Assembly: GCF_050320075.1 (NCBI RefSeq) | Contig: NZ_CP190018.1 | Reading direction: 5' to 3' (one strand) | DNA from: Escherichia coli | GTDB taxonomy: Bacteria; Pseudomonadota; Gammaproteobacteria; Enterobacterales; Enterobacteriaceae | Length of the DNA: 64,000 bases | In this document: positions 12,895-25,001 of the stretch, piece after piece | How the letters are laid out: each line of letters begins with the position of its first letter | Numbering within the stretch: position 1 is the first letter of the stretch | Program-made: the position numbers and the translations under genes | Notes under the pieces: generated by a model | What the model was told of the DNA's origin: nothing | Databases searched by the model: none | The model's input: only the letters and a program-made list of their open reading frames with translations

Positions 12895-15800
12895 TTAGTC
12901 AAACGGCGGTGGGGCCAGCACTTCACGATTACCGTTGTGCCCCTGTTCGCTGACAATCCCCTGCGCTTCCATCTGTTCGATAATACGCGCTGCACGGTTA
13001 TAACCAATGCGGAACTGACGCTGTACGCCAGAAATTGATGCTTTGCGTTTTTCAGTGACAAACTGCACCGCCTGATCGAACAACGGATCCAGCTCTTCAG
13101 CGCCATCGAAACCGCCCGCGCCACCTTCGCTTTCACTGTCGGAGGTGATGCCATCAACATACTGTGGGCGACCACGCGCTTTCCAGTCCTGCACCACGGC
13201 ATGAACTTCCTGATCGCGAACAAAAGCACCATGAACACGTACCGGCAACGTGGAGTTCGGCCCAGAGTAAAGCATATCCCCCATACCCAGCAGTGATTCC
13301 GCGCCAGCCTGATCAAGAATGGTACGTGAGTCAATCTTACTGGATACGGTAAAGGCGATACGGGTCGGAATATTCGCTTTAATCAGACCAGTAATAACAT
13401 CAACCGATGGACGCTGCGTTGCCAGTACGAGGTGGATACCCGCGGCACGGGCTTTTTGCGCCAGACGTGCTATAAGCTCTTCCACTTTTTTACCTACCGT
13501 CATCATCAGGTCGGCAAATTCGTCCACCAACACCACAATGTACGGTTCTTTTTTCAGCACCGGATGCTGGGCATCCATACTGTCACCCGGCTTCCAGTAC
13601 GGGTCTGGAATCGGACGCATCATGCGATCGGCTTCAGCAATTTTTTCGTTATAACCCGCCAGATTACGCACACCTAGGGCGGACATCAGCTTATAACGAC
13701 GTTCCATTTCATTTACGCACCAGCGCAAAGCGTTGGCAGCATCTTTCATGTCGGTAACGACTTCCGTTAACAGATGCGGAATGCCTTCATAAACCGAAAG
13801 CTCCAGCATTTTCGGGTCGATCATGATGAAACGCACATCTTCTGGCTGTGCTTTATAAAGCATGCTCAGGATCATCGCGTTCACCCCGACAGACTTACCG
13901 GAACCGGTAGTCCCCGCAACCAACAAGTGCGGCATTTTCGCCAGATCGGCAACCACCGGCTCACCGGCGATATCTTTACCCAGCACCACGGTTAATGGCG
14001 ACGGATTATCGCGGAATTTGGCGTTATCCAATACTTCGCGCAGATAAACGGTTTGTCGTTTTTTATTCGGTAACTCCAGACCTACATAGGGTTTGCCAGG
14101 AATAACTTCAACGACACGCACCGCCACCGTCGAAAGTGAACGGGCAAGGTCCCGTGACAAGTTAGAAATGCGCGCCGCTTTTACGCCCGGTGCCAGGTTA
14201 AGTTCAAAGCGAGTGATAACCGGCCCCGGAGAGTAATTGACGACATCGGCTTTAATACGGAAATCAGCCAGACGCGCTTCCACCAGACGCGCCATTTGTT
14301 CAAGCGCAAAGGTATCTACCGGCTCCACTTCGCTCGGCGGCGGTGTCAGCAAATCCAGAGAAGGCAGCGGCGTCGTCGGTTTATGCAACGGACGGCTGTC
14401 ACCATTGCGCATCAACAGCGGATGAAGCAGGGTATCATGCGGCTGCGGCGCAACTGGCTGTTGCGGCTGCTGATATTGCGGCTGCTGTGCAACCGGCTGT
14501 TGCGGCTGCTGATATTGCTGCTGCGGCGCAACCGGTTGTTGTGGCTGCTGATATTGCTGCTGCGGTGCAACCGGCTGTTGCGGCTGCTGATACTGCGGCT
14601 GCGGCGCAACTGGTTGCTGCGGCTGCTGATACTGTTGCTGCGGTGCAATCGGTTGTTGCGGCTGCTGTACAGGTTCAACAATTGGCGTAAACAACGGTTC
14701 GTGTGGACCATCATCCAGCAACGCTTTCATTGGCGAAAATTCAAAATCATCCAGCGTGAACGGATTCGCCCCAGCCGGTTGTTCGCCGGAATAACGTTGT
14801 TGTTGAGTTTGCGCAAACTGACGAGCCAGTTCAGCCTCTGCCGCAGCATCTGCATCTTCTGCGTTCACGGGCACATCATGTTGATACTGTTCGCCATAGC
14901 GTTGCTGCTGTGTCTGGGCGAACTGACGTGCCAGTTCATCCTGCTGCATCGCATCGATTTCATCATCGTTATACTGATCGCCGGAATCGTACTGATTGCG
15001 CTGAGCTTCACGGGCTTTTTCTTCTGCCGCACGCTGTGAGGGCAGCTTAATACCGTAAGACGCCAGTTCACGACGAGTTGGCACGCGGATACGTTTCGGT
15101 CGTGGCAACTGCGGGCCAATCCCCTCTTTGACCTGTGGACGCGGTCCAGCGCTATTTGCCAGACTGAAGACTGGCGCGGCAACGGTTGCGGCAGCCCCCG
15201 TCGCCAGTGTCGCTTTTTTCACGCCAGATGCCAGAGGGGAAACAGCGGCAGCGGCTTCCACTGGAGGTACTGCTGCAACAGAAGGTGTTTTCAGCGAAGA
15301 TTTGATCGGTTCTGGTTCTTTAACCGGTTCAGGAATCGGTTGATACCAGGCCGCAAGTTGTTCACGTTCACGGGCACGCTTCTCTTCCACTTCTTCAAAA
15401 TAGTAAAGCGGCGGACGCGCGGGTTTTGTCTCTTCTACAACGGGTTCAGGCTCCACAACAGGCTGCTGTTCAACAGGTTGCGGCTGTTGGTACAACGGCT
15501 CCTGAGCGACTGGCTGCTGATAAGTTTGCTCAGTCTGGTATGTAGACTGTGGAGCAAAAGTGGATTGCTGCTCTTCGGCTTGCCAGGCGTTACCTGCCAC
15601 CGATTGTTCTGGCGCAGGGGCGTAATACGACTGTTGCGCAGACTGTTCCGGCGCAGTTGCGTAATACGGCTGCTGAACAGGTTGTTCCGCCGCAGGAGCG
15701 TAGTAAGGTTGTTGCACAGGTTGTTCCGCTGCTGGCGCATAATACGGCTGCTGTGGCTGTACAGGTTGTTGCAGCGGCTCATTATATTGCACTGCAGGCT

Positions 15801-16962
15801 GCGCATATTGTGGCTGCTGTGGGTAACCTTCCTGTGCAGGAGCAATAACCGGCTCTCCCGTTTGTGGCCCCGGTACAGGCTGCCAGGCTACTGTAGGTTG
15901 TGCAGGTGGAACATCAACAGAGGCAACAGGCGGCGTCTGAGTCACAGGTTCAACCGGCGCAGCCCAGCTTTGTGTCGCCGTGGTAGCAGCAGCTGCTACA
16001 GCAACAGGTTCGGTAATTGGCGCACCGTTTAATAATGGATCGTATTCGTCATATTCTGGCTGCGTTGCACGATTGCCCGAAAAGAGGACGTCGTCCGGGT
16101 CGGCAGCCACACCGCGTGCAGTGTAGGTAATCTCTTCTTCATCATCCATCCGCTTACCGGAGAACAACGCAGCATCTGTTTGCCGCCCCATCGGATTAAT
16201 GAATTTTTCCGCCAACCGTTTACGACGCGCTAACGCGCCGCGAAGAATACGGGCACGGCGTGATTCATGCTGTTTGCCGTGATTTTCATCTTCATACTCT
16301 TCGTCGTCTTCATACTCATCTTCATCGACCCAGGTATCATCGCGACGGGTACGATTACTGGCGAAGGTGAGAATGTTTAAAATCCAGCCGCCGAGTTTTT
16401 CAGCAATGGTCACCCATGACCAACCGGTGAACAGCGTCAGACCCGCAGCCCAAACGCAGAGCAGCGCAATAGTTCCCCCGCTACTGTGTAGCAGTGGTTG
16501 TAGCGTAGTGCTTAGTAAGCTGCCAATGACGCCACCGGAGGCAAAATACCAGATATCGTCAGCGTTGATTGCCGCCAGACCACAGGAGGTAAGGATGAGC
16601 GCCAAAACGCCAATGATGCGTAGCGAAACGGCAAAATAATCAATGTATTCGTCGCTGGACTGATGACGCCAGGCAAACCAACAACCGCCGACAATAATGA
16701 CGGGAATGGTGTAAGCCATCACGCCAAAAATAAAGAACAGCGTATCTGCCAGCCATGCACCGGGCATCCCACCTAAATTATGGATAGGTTCATGCCAGGC
16801 CGTTTGCGACCAGCTGGGGTCCGAAGGGTTAAAGCTTAGTAAGGCAGCCATCAACCAGACGGCAAACAGGACAATAAGGATCAGCAACGCCTCCAGAAGG
16901 CGGCGGCCGCTACTTAACTTTGTCAATGTGACTTCTTTGTCTTCAGTGTATTCCTGGCTCAA
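12895..16962 (-). CDS. ftsK: DNA translocase FtsK
   Basis: 1355-aa ORF: N-terminal membrane domain, long P/Q-rich linker, C-terminal motor (GTTGSGKS Walker A). Confidence 0.95.
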   Translation of the reverse strand: MSQEYTEDKEVTLTKLSSGRRLLEALLILIVLFAVWLMAALLSFNPSDPSWSQTAWHEPIHNLGGMPGAWLADTLFFIFGVMAYTIPVIIVGGCWFAWRHQSSDEYIDYFAVSLRIIGVLALILTSCGLAAINADDIWYFASGGVIGSLLSTTLQPLLHSSGGTIALLCVWAAGLTLFTGWSWVTIAEKLGGWILNILTFASNRTRRDDTWVDEDEYEDDEEYEDENHGKQHESRRARILRGALARRKRLAEKFINPMGRQTDAALFSGKRMDDEEEITYTARGVAADPDDVLFSGNRATQPEYDEYDPLLNGAPITEPVAVAAAATTATQSWAAPVEPVTQTPPVASVDVPPAQPTVAWQPVPGPQTGEPVIAPAQEGYPQQPQYAQPAVQYNEPLQQPVQPQQPYYAPAAEQPVQQPYYAPAAEQPVQQPYYATAPEQSAQQSYYAPAPEQSVAGNAWQAEEQQSTFAPQSTYQTEQTYQQPVAQEPLYQQPQPVEQQPVVEPEPVVEETKPARPPLYYFEEVEEKRAREREQLAAWYQPIPEPVKEPEPIKSSLKTPSVAAVPPVEAAAAVSPLASGVKKATLATGAAATVAAPVFSLANSAGPRPQVKEGIGPQLPRPKRIRVPTRRELASYGIKLPSQRAAEEKAREAQRNQYDSGDQYNDDEIDAMQQDELARQFAQTQQQRYGEQYQHDVPVNAEDADAAAEAELARQFAQTQQQRYSGEQPAGANPFTLDDFEFSPMKALLDDGPHEPLFTPIVEPVQQPQQPIAPQQQYQQPQQPVAPQPQYQQPQQPVAPQQQYQQPQQPVAPQQQYQQPQQPVAQQPQYQQPQQPVAPQPHDTLLHPLLMRNGDSRPLHKPTTPLPSLDLLTPPPSEVEPVDTFALEQMARLVEARLADFRIKADVVNYSPGPVITRFELNLAPGVKAARISNLSRDLARSLSTVAVRVVEVIPGKPYVGLELPNKKRQTVYLREVLDNAKFRDNPSPLTVVLGKDIAGEPVVADLAKMPHLLVAGTTGSGKSVGVNAMILSMLYKAQPEDVRFIMIDPKMLELSVYEGIPHLLTEVVTDMKDAANALRWCVNEMERRYKLMSALGVRNLAGYNEKIAEADRMMRPIPDPYWKPGDSMDAQHPVLKKEPYIVVLVDEFADLMMTVGKKVEELIARLAQKARAAGIHLVLATQRPSVDVITGLIKANIPTRIAFTVSSKIDSRTILDQAGAESLLGMGDMLYSGPNSTLPVRVHGAFVRDQEVHAVVQDWKARGRPQYVDGITSDSESEGGAGGFDGAEELDPLFDQAVQFVTEKRKASISGVQRQFRIGYNRAARIIEQMEAQGIVSEQGHNGNREVLAPPPFD
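14437..14668 (-). repeat. in-frame 39-bp tandem repeats in the FtsK linker (13-aa [13 protein letters not shown] units)
   Basis: About six near-identical cggctgctgatattgcggctgctgtgcaaccggctgttg units on the + strand. Confidence 0.8.
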
Positions 16963-17040
16963 GAAAGGCTCTCCAGGTTACAGGCTTTTCCTGCCCGATG
17001 CTAAAACGGACAACAGTACCAGGTTACCCCAGTACTGTTG

Positions 17041-17056
17041 CTGTATGGATTAACAG
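17041..17056 (-). promoter_or_regulatory. candidate LexA (SOS) box upstream of ftsK
   Basis: CTGTATGGATTAACAG fits CTGT-N8-ACAG, ~80-95 bp upstream of the ftsK start codon. Confidence 0.5.
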
Positions 17057-17096
17057 GAGTGTAATCAAAATACGCCGATTTTGCACCTGTTCCGTG

Positions 17097-17591
17097 TTAG
17101 CGCGTCTTAATAACCAGACGATTACTCTGCTTGACTTCTTCCATAACAACGTATGTCCGTGTGTCATTGACGCCAGGCAGACGCAGCAGGGTTTCCCCCA
17201 GCAACTTACGGTAAGCTGACATATCCGGCACGCGTGTTTTCAACAGGTAGTCGAAATCACCAGATACTAAATGACACTCCTGAATTTCTTCAAGTTTTTG
17301 TACAGCGGTATTGAATTGTTCAAACACATCCGGTGCGCCACGATTCAGAGTAATCTCAACGAATACCAGAAGTGATGCATCCAGATAATGGGGGTTAAGC
17401 AGCGCCGTATAGCCCTGAATAAACCCTTGTCTTTCCAGCCGACGCACACGCTCAAGGCACGGCGTTGGGGAAAGTCCCACACGTTTAGAAAGCTCGACGT
17501 TAGAAATACGCCCATCCTTTTGCAACTCATTAAGAATGTTACGATCGATACGGTCGAGATCTTTGCCAGGGCGCTTCTTGCTATCTACCAT
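17097..17591 (-). CDS. lrp: leucine-responsive regulatory protein
   Basis: ORF 17097..17645 trimmed to ATG at 17591 (MVDSKKRPGKDLDRIDRNILNELQKDGR..., 164 aa). Confidence 0.95.
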   Translation of the reverse strand: MVDSKKRPGKDLDRIDRNILNELQKDGRISNVELSKRVGLSPTPCLERVRRLERQGFIQGYTALLNPHYLDASLLVFVEITLNRGAPDVFEQFNTAVQKLEEIQECHLVSGDFDYLLKTRVPDMSAYRKLLGETLLRLPGVNDTRTYVVMEEVKQSNRLVIKTR

Positions 17592-18018
17592 TATTATTGT
17601 CTCTCTGTATTCCTTCCCTACTCCTGTCTGACCCTGAAACATCACTGTTCAGAGTCGCTACCCGTCACGATAGACCGAAATCATGAAGATTCACGGCGCG
17701 CAATGCCTGGGTCTACGGTGAGAAGACCGTTGCCTTGTGGCTGCTATCGACATCACGAATGGCGTCTGTCCACGCCATACGTAGATTTCACTAGCACGGT
17801 AAACATGGTATTTACATGCATGGTTATGCGCATATAAGAATACTGTTTTTTTTCTTCCTCGAATGTTTTCGCAAAACACCAGGGGATTGTCAAAGCAAAA
17901 CATCGATTTTTAGTACAACATGCCAGATATTCATTACTAGGGGCGTTTATTCATCATTTAATCGGCTTATAAAGCGGGAAATTTAAGTAGCAGAGGTGAT
18001 AATGACGGGAGAATTTGA

Positions 18019-19101
<1,083 letters not shown>

Positions 19102-19128
19102 TTTTACAAATCAGTAACAAAAGTAAAG

Positions 19129-19167
19129 AAGGCGACACCATGCGACTATGGGTCGCCTTTATTTTTT
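19129..19167 (+). terminator. rho-independent terminator downstream of trxB
   Basis: Hairpin aaggcgac...gtcgcctt followed by a T-run. Confidence 0.75.
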
Positions 19168-19223
19168 CCTCGTTGTAACATTGCTCTGCAAATAATTCTG
19201 ATAACTCACCTGCTAAGCGTGCA

Positions 19224-20990
19224 ATGAATAAATCCCGTCAAAAAGAGTTAACCCGCTGGTTAAAACAGCAAAGCGTCATCTCCCAACGTTGGCTGAATAT
19301 TTCTCGTCTGCTGGGCTTTGTGAGCGGCATATTGATCATTGCCCAGGCCTGGTTCATGGCGCGAATTCTGCAACATATGATTATGGAGAATATTCCCCGT
19401 GAAGCCCTGCTGCTTCCCTTTACGTTACTGGTTCTGACCTTTGTACTTCGCGCATGGGTGGTCTGGTTACGCGAACGGGTGGGTTATCACGCCGGGCAGC
19501 ATATCCGCTTTGCCATCCGCCGTCAGGTTCTCGACCGTCTGCAACAAGCAGGGCCAGCGTGGATTCAGGGTAAACCGGCGGGGAGCTGGGCGACGCTGGT
19601 ACTCGAGCAAATTGACGATATGCATGATTACTATGCACGCTACCTGCCGCAAATGGCGCTGGCAGTGTCGGTGCCGTTGCTGATTGTGGTGGCTATCTTC
19701 CCCTCTAACTGGGCTGCGGCGCTCATTCTGCTGGGCACTGCTCCGTTAATTCCGTTGTTTATGGCGCTGGTTGGAATGGGGGCTGCCGATGCTAACCGAC
19801 GTAACTTTCTCGCTCTTGCTCGCTTAAGTGGGCATTTTCTCGATCGCCTGCGCGGCATGGAAACATTGCGTATTTTTGGTCGTGGTGAAGCTGAAATTGA
19901 AAGTATTCGTTCTGCTTCGGAAGATTTCCGCCAACGGACAATGGAAGTGCTACGGCTGGCGTTTTTATCCTCCGGCATTCTCGAATTTTTTACCTCGCTG
20001 TCAATTGCTCTGGTGGCGGTCTACTTTGGTTTTTCCTATCTCGGCGAGCTGGATTTTGGTCACTATGATACTGGCGTGACGCTGGCTGCGGGTTTTCTGG
20101 CCCTGATCCTTGCGCCGGAGTTTTTCCAGCCATTACGCGATCTCGGTACGTTTTATCATGCTAAAGCCCAGGCTGTTGGTGCAGCTGACAGTTTGAAAAC
20201 GTTTATGGAAACCCCGCTTGCCCATCCGCAGCGTGGTGAGGCGGAATTAGCATCGACCGATCCGGTGACCATTGAAGCCGAGGAGCTGTTTATTACATCA
20301 CCAGAAGGTAAAACGCTGGCCGGACCGCTGAACTTTACTTTGCCAGCAGGCCAACGTGCCGTGTTGGTTGGTCGCAGCGGTTCAGGTAAAAGCTCACTGC
20401 TGAACGCGCTTTCTGGTTTTCTCTCATATCAGGGATCGCTACGAATCAACGGGATAGAATTACGCGATTTATCACCGGAATCATGGCGTAAACATCTCTC
20501 CTGGGTTGGGCAAAACCCACAATTACCGGCAGCAACACTACGGGATAACGTACTACTGGCACGACCTGATGCCAGCGAACACGAGTTACAAACAGCGCTG
20601 GATAACGCCTGGGTCAGTGAGTTTCTACCGCTCCTGCCACAAGGCGTTGATACGCCTGTTGGCGACCAGGCTGCCCGCCTTTCCGTGGGGCAGGCACAGC
20701 GCGTGGCGGTGGCCCGAGCATTACTAAATCCCTGTTCGCTATTACTGTTGGATGAACCCGCTGCCAGCCTTGATGCTCACAGTGAACAGCGCGTAATGGA
20801 GGCGCTTAATGCCGCCTCTCTGGGCCAGACAACGTTAATGGTCACCCACCAGTTAGAAGATCTTGCTGACTGGGATGTCATTTGGGTAATGCAGGATGGT
20901 CAGATTATTGAGCAAGGACGTTACGCGGAATTAAGCGTGGCTGGTGGTCCTTTCTCCACATTGCTGGCCCATCGTCAGGAGGAGATTTAA
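19224..20990 (+). CDS. cydD: ABC exporter subunit required for cytochrome bd assembly
   Basis: 588-aa ORF, N-terminal TM domain plus C-terminal ABC ATPase (GRSGSGKSSLL). Confidence 0.93.
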   Translation: MNKSRQKELTRWLKQQSVISQRWLNISRLLGFVSGILIIAQAWFMARILQHMIMENIPREALLLPFTLLVLTFVLRAWVVWLRERVGYHAGQHIRFAIRRQVLDRLQQAGPAWIQGKPAGSWATLVLEQIDDMHDYYARYLPQMALAVSVPLLIVVAIFPSNWAAALILLGTAPLIPLFMALVGMGAADANRRNFLALARLSGHFLDRLRGMETLRIFGRGEAEIESIRSASEDFRQRTMEVLRLAFLSSGILEFFTSLSIALVAVYFGFSYLGELDFGHYDTGVTLAAGFLALILAPEFFQPLRDLGTFYHAKAQAVGAADSLKTFMETPLAHPQRGEAELASTDPVTIEAEELFITSPEGKTLAGPLNFTLPAGQRAVLVGRSGSGKSSLLNALSGFLSYQGSLRINGIELRDLSPESWRKHLSWVGQNPQLPAATLRDNVLLARPDASEHELQTALDNAWVSEFLPLLPQGVDTPVGDQAARLSVGQAQRVAVARALLNPCSLLLLDEPAASLDAHSEQRVMEALNAASLGQTTLMVTHQLEDLADWDVIWVMQDGQIIEQGRYAELSVAGGPFSTLLAHRQEEI

Positions 20991-22712
20991 ATGCGCGCTT
21001 TGCTACCCTATCTGGCACTGTATAAACGTCATAAATGGATGTTAAGTCTTGGTATTGTGCTGGCAATTGTCACGCTGCTCGCCAGTATCGGTCTGTTGAC
21101 ACTTTCCGGCTGGTTCCTCTCGGCCTCAGCGGTAGCGGGGGTTGCCGGACTGTACAGCTTCAACTATATGCTACCCGCTGCGGGCGTGCGTGGTGCAGCA
21201 ATCACCCGTACTGCCGGGCGCTATTTTGAACGTCTGGTAAGTCACGACGCGACTTTCCGCGTGTTGCAGCATCTGCGCATTTATACCTTCAGCAAATTGC
21301 TGCCCCTCTCCCCTGCCGGACTGGCGCGCTATCGTCAGGGCGAATTGCTCAACCGCGTGGTGGCGGATGTTGATACGCTCGATCATCTTTACCTGCGCGT
21401 TATCTCGCCGCTGGTGGGCGCTTTTGTGGTGATTATGGTGGTGACAATCGGGTTAAGTTTCCTTGATTTCACCCTCGCCTTTACGCTGGGCGGCATTATG
21501 TTACTGACGCTTTTCCTGATGCCACCGCTGTTTTATCGTGCGGGAAAAAGCACCGGGCAAAATCTGACTCATCTTCGCGGGCAGTATCGCCAACAACTGA
21601 CGGCCTGGCTGCAAGGGCAAGCTGAGCTGACCATTTTTGGTGCCAGCGATCGTTATCGCACGCAGTTAGAGAATACCGAAATTCAGTGGCTGGAAGCGCA
21701 ACGACGTCAATCTGAACTCACCGCATTGTCGCAAGCGATAATGCTGCTCATTGGCGCGTTAGCGGTGATCCTGATGCTGTGGATGGCGTCTGGCGGCGTT
21801 GGCGGCAATGCTCAACCCGGCGCGTTAATTGCCCTGTTTGTCTTCTGCGCGTTAGCCGCGTTTGAAGCACTGGCACCAGTAACGGGTGCATTTCAGCATC
21901 TGGGGCAAGTCATTGCCTCTGCCGTTCGGATCACTGACTTAACGGATCAAAAACCGGAAGTCACCTTCCCTGATACCCAAACTCGTGTTGCCGATCGCGT
22001 TTCGTTGACGTTACGGGATGTTCAGTTCACTTATCCGGAGCAATCCCAACAGGCACTTAAAGGGATTTCTCTTCAGGTAAACGCCGGAGAACATATAGCG
22101 ATTCTCGGGCGAACCGGATGCGGCAAATCAACACTGTTACAACTGCTGACCCGCGCATGGGACCCGCAACAGGGCGAGATTTTGCTTAACGGTAGCCCCA
22201 TAGCCAGCCTGAATGAAGCGACTCTACGACAGACCATCAGCGTTGTTCCTCAGCGAGTGCATCTGTTTAGCGCCACGCTGCGTGATAATCTGTTACTCGC
22301 CTCGCCTGGCAGTAGTGATGAGGCTCTGGCGGAGATCTTACGTCGCGTTGGTCTGGAGAAGTTGCTCGAGGATGCAGGTCTCAACAGTTGGTTAGGTGAA
22401 GGCGGACGCCAGCTCTCCGGTGGTGAACTGCGCCGTCTGGCTATCGCCCGTGCGCTGTTACATGATGCGCCGCTGGTATTGCTGGATGAACCTACAGAAG
22501 GCTTAGATGCCACAACCGAAAGTCAGATCCTTGAATTGCTTGCAGAAATGATGCATGAGAAAACGGTGTTAATGGTCACCCATCGACTTCGCGGACTCTC
22601 TCGTTTCCAACAAATAATAGTGATGGACAACGGGCAAATTATTGAGCAAGGTACTCACGCAGAACTGCTTGCCAGACAGGGGCGTTATTACCAGTTTAAG
22701 CAGGGTTTGTAA
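20991..22712 (+). CDS. cydC: ABC exporter subunit required for cytochrome bd assembly
   Basis: 573-aa ORF starting 1 nt after cydD stop (translational coupling); ABC ATPase GRTGCGKSTLL. Confidence 0.93.
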   Translation: MRALLPYLALYKRHKWMLSLGIVLAIVTLLASIGLLTLSGWFLSASAVAGVAGLYSFNYMLPAAGVRGAAITRTAGRYFERLVSHDATFRVLQHLRIYTFSKLLPLSPAGLARYRQGELLNRVVADVDTLDHLYLRVISPLVGAFVVIMVVTIGLSFLDFTLAFTLGGIMLLTLFLMPPLFYRAGKSTGQNLTHLRGQYRQQLTAWLQGQAELTIFGASDRYRTQLENTEIQWLEAQRRQSELTALSQAIMLLIGALAVILMLWMASGGVGGNAQPGALIALFVFCALAAFEALAPVTGAFQHLGQVIASAVRITDLTDQKPEVTFPDTQTRVADRVSLTLRDVQFTYPEQSQQALKGISLQVNAGEHIAILGRTGCGKSTLLQLLTRAWDPQQGEILLNGSPIASLNEATLRQTISVVPQRVHLFSATLRDNLLLASPGSSDEALAEILRRVGLEKLLEDAGLNSWLGEGGRQLSGGELRRLAIARALLHDAPLVLLDEPTEGLDATTESQILELLAEMMHEKTVLMVTHRLRGLSRFQQIIVMDNGQIIEQGTHAELLARQGRYYQFKQGL

Positions 22713-22753
22713 GCTATTATTGAACGATCCGACTTGCGTGGAGTTTTGCGGTC

Positions 22754-23458
22754 ATGCGCCTGGTTCAGCTTTCTCGCCATTCAATAGCCTTCCCTTCCCC
22801 GGAAGGCGCATTACGTGAGCCTAACGGCCTGCTGGCACTTGGGGGCGATCTTAGCCCTGCACGCCTGTTAATGGCTTACCAGCGTGGTATTTTTCCGTGG
22901 TTTTCTCCCGGCGACCCCATCCTCTGGTGGTCGCCCGATCCCCGCGCGGTGCTTTGGCCTGAATCACTGCATATCAGCCGTAGTATGAAGCGATTTCATA
23001 AACGCTCGCCCTATCGTGTCACGATGAATTACGCTTTTGGTCAGGTCATTGAAGGCTGTGCCAGCGATCGCGAAGAAGGAACCTGGATCACGCGTGGCGT
23101 GGTCGAAGCCTACCATCGCCTTCACGAACTCGGTCATGCCCACTCCATTGAAGTCTGGCGTGAAGATGAGCTTGTCGGCGGTATGTACGGCGTGGCCCAG
23201 GGAACGCTATTTTGTGGTGAGTCCATGTTCAGCCGGATGGAAAATGCGTCTAAAACGGCGCTTCTGGTATTCTGTGAGGAATTTATTGGTCATGGCGGTA
23301 AGCTTATCGACTGCCAGGTACTTAACGATCACACAGCGTCGCTTGGTGCCTGCGAAATTCCCCGCCGGGATTACCTCAATTATCTCAATCAAATGCGCCT
23401 CGGACGATTGCCGAATAATTTCTGGGTACCACGGTGCTTGTTTTCACCACAAGAATGA
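22754..23458 (+). CDS. aat: leucyl/phenylalanyl-tRNA-protein transferase
   Basis: 234-aa [36 protein letters not shown]... Confidence 0.92.
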
Positions 23459-23739
23459 ATGTTTTCGGCACATTTCTCCCCAGAGTGTTATAATTGCGGT
23501 CGCAGAGTTGGTTACGCTCATTACCCCGCTGCCGATAAGGAATTTTTCGCGTCAGGTAACGCCCATCGTTTATCTCACCGCTCCCTTATACGTTGCGCTT
23601 TTGGTGCGGCTTAGCCGTGTGTTTTCGGAGTAATGTGCCGAACCTGTTTGTTGCGATTTAGCGCGCAAATCTTTACTTATTTACAGAACTTCGGCATTAT
23701 CTTGCCGGTTCAAATTACGGTAGTGATACCCCAGAGGAT

Positions 23740-23961
<222 letters not shown>

Positions 23962-24002
23962 TTGTTTTACCGCCTGATGGGCGAAGAGAAAGAACGAGTA
24001 AA

Positions 24003-24030
24003 AGGTCGGTTTAACCGGCCTTTTTATTTT
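24003..24030 (+). terminator. rho-independent terminator downstream of infA
   Basis: Hairpin aggtcggtt/aaccggcct followed by tttttatttt. Confidence 0.75.
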
Positions 24031-24214
24031 GTGATATGTATGAAGTACTTTGGAAGTATAAGTCCATAACTTGTCTCGATGTAGATATACTGCACAACTT
24101 GTTTACAGTATGAGCAAACAATAATTATCATTAAAATTCTTCTTGACCGTTTTACTCCAACTCCCTATAGTAGCGCCCCGTTGCCACCCATGAGGTTTGG
24201 TAGCAAAACAATTT

Positions 24215-24302
24215 GGTGAGGTGTCCGAGTGGCTGAAGGAGCACGCCTGGAAAGTGTGTATACGGCAACGTATCGGGGGTTCGAATCCCCCCCTCACCGC
24301 CA
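24215..24302 (+). tRNA. serW: tRNA-Ser (GGA anticodon)
   Basis: 88-nt GGTGAGGTGTCCGAGTGGCTGAAGGAGCACGCCTGGAAAG...GGGGGTTCGAATCCCCCCCTCACCGCCA; long variable arm, encoded CCA. Confidence 0.95.
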
Positions 24303-24659
24303 TATTTAAAGAAAAGCTCGTACGAAAGTGCGAGCTTTTTTTTCGCATATTGCACTCCAGGGGGGATGAGAAGCCCCGACCGGGGTTCGACAACTGGCGC
24401 AGCCAGTTGGACAGACCACGAACACAGTGAGTGGGCTGCCCGCAGGGCGAGCGAAGCGAGTCAATCCCCCCCTCACCGCCATATTCAAAGAAGAGCTCGT
24501 ACGAAAGTGCGAGCTTTTTTTTCGCATATTGCACTCCAGGGGGGATGAGAAGCCCCGACCGGGGTTCGACAACTGGCGCAGCCAGTTGGACAGACCACGA
24601 ACACAGTGAGTGGGCTGCCCGCAGGGCGAGCGAAGCGAGTCAATCCCCCCTCACCGCCA
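24303..24659 (+). repeat. two tandem ~178-bp units (24303-24481, 24482-24659), each = terminator hairpin + ~110 bp GC-rich segment + last ~18 nt of serW
   Basis: Units near-identical; each ends in tcaatcccccc(c)tcaccgcca and begins with aaagctcgtacgaaagtgcgagcttttttttt hairpin; a third copy of the hairpin follows at 24660. Confidence 0.85.
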
Positions 24660-24940
24660 TATTTAAAGAAAAGCTCGTACGAAAGTACGAGTTTTTTTTC
24701 GCATTTTATCTGCCTGTACGGCAGTGAACGGTATAAAAATCGAGTTTTTCTTTCGGTTGGCTTTCTAAGCTGCCTGTACGGCAGTGAACTCAAATACTAC
24801 ACGTTTAGTCCGTTATTAATAAAGCAAAACCATCTCATTTTCCTGCTGCCACCCTTTTTTATTCTTACCTTCCAGCACCATTAATTATCAACAACTTACC
24901 TTCACCTCCAAAAATAGGGTTTTCACCGCCCCAGCCTACA

Positions 24941-24977
24941 AACAAAAAGTCCGTAACCTCTTTCGAGATTACGGACT
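24941..24977 (-). terminator. rho-independent terminator downstream of clpA
   Basis: 9-bp stem agtccgtaa/ttacggact; on the minus strand it is followed by a U-rich run. Confidence 0.7.
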
Positions 24978-25001
24978 TCACCAACCTACCTGACAATCAG
25001 A

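Noticed and set aside
14296-16032. Long plus-strand ORFs (247 aa, 230 aa) with L/R-rich repeats
   Set aside because: They are antisense images of the repetitive P/Q-rich FtsK linker; the repeats keep the opposite frame open.
24303-24800. Possible CRISPR array suggested by regularly spaced repeats
   Set aside because: The repeat period is ~178 bp with near-identical long units, not 28-37-bp repeats separated by unique spacers, and there are no cas genes nearby. The repeats are duplicated tRNA-flank units.
24103-24884. Cluster of overlapping 60-143-aa ORFs on both strands across the serW region
   Set aside because: They span the tRNA and the tandem repeats, duplicate each other because of the repeat, and lack ribosome-binding sites; they are translation artefacts of repetitive DNA.
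24215-25001. Intact genomic island or prophage integrated at serW
   Set aside because: Only ~700 bp separate serW from clpA and they contain no integrase or other ORF; there are att-like scars but no resident element.
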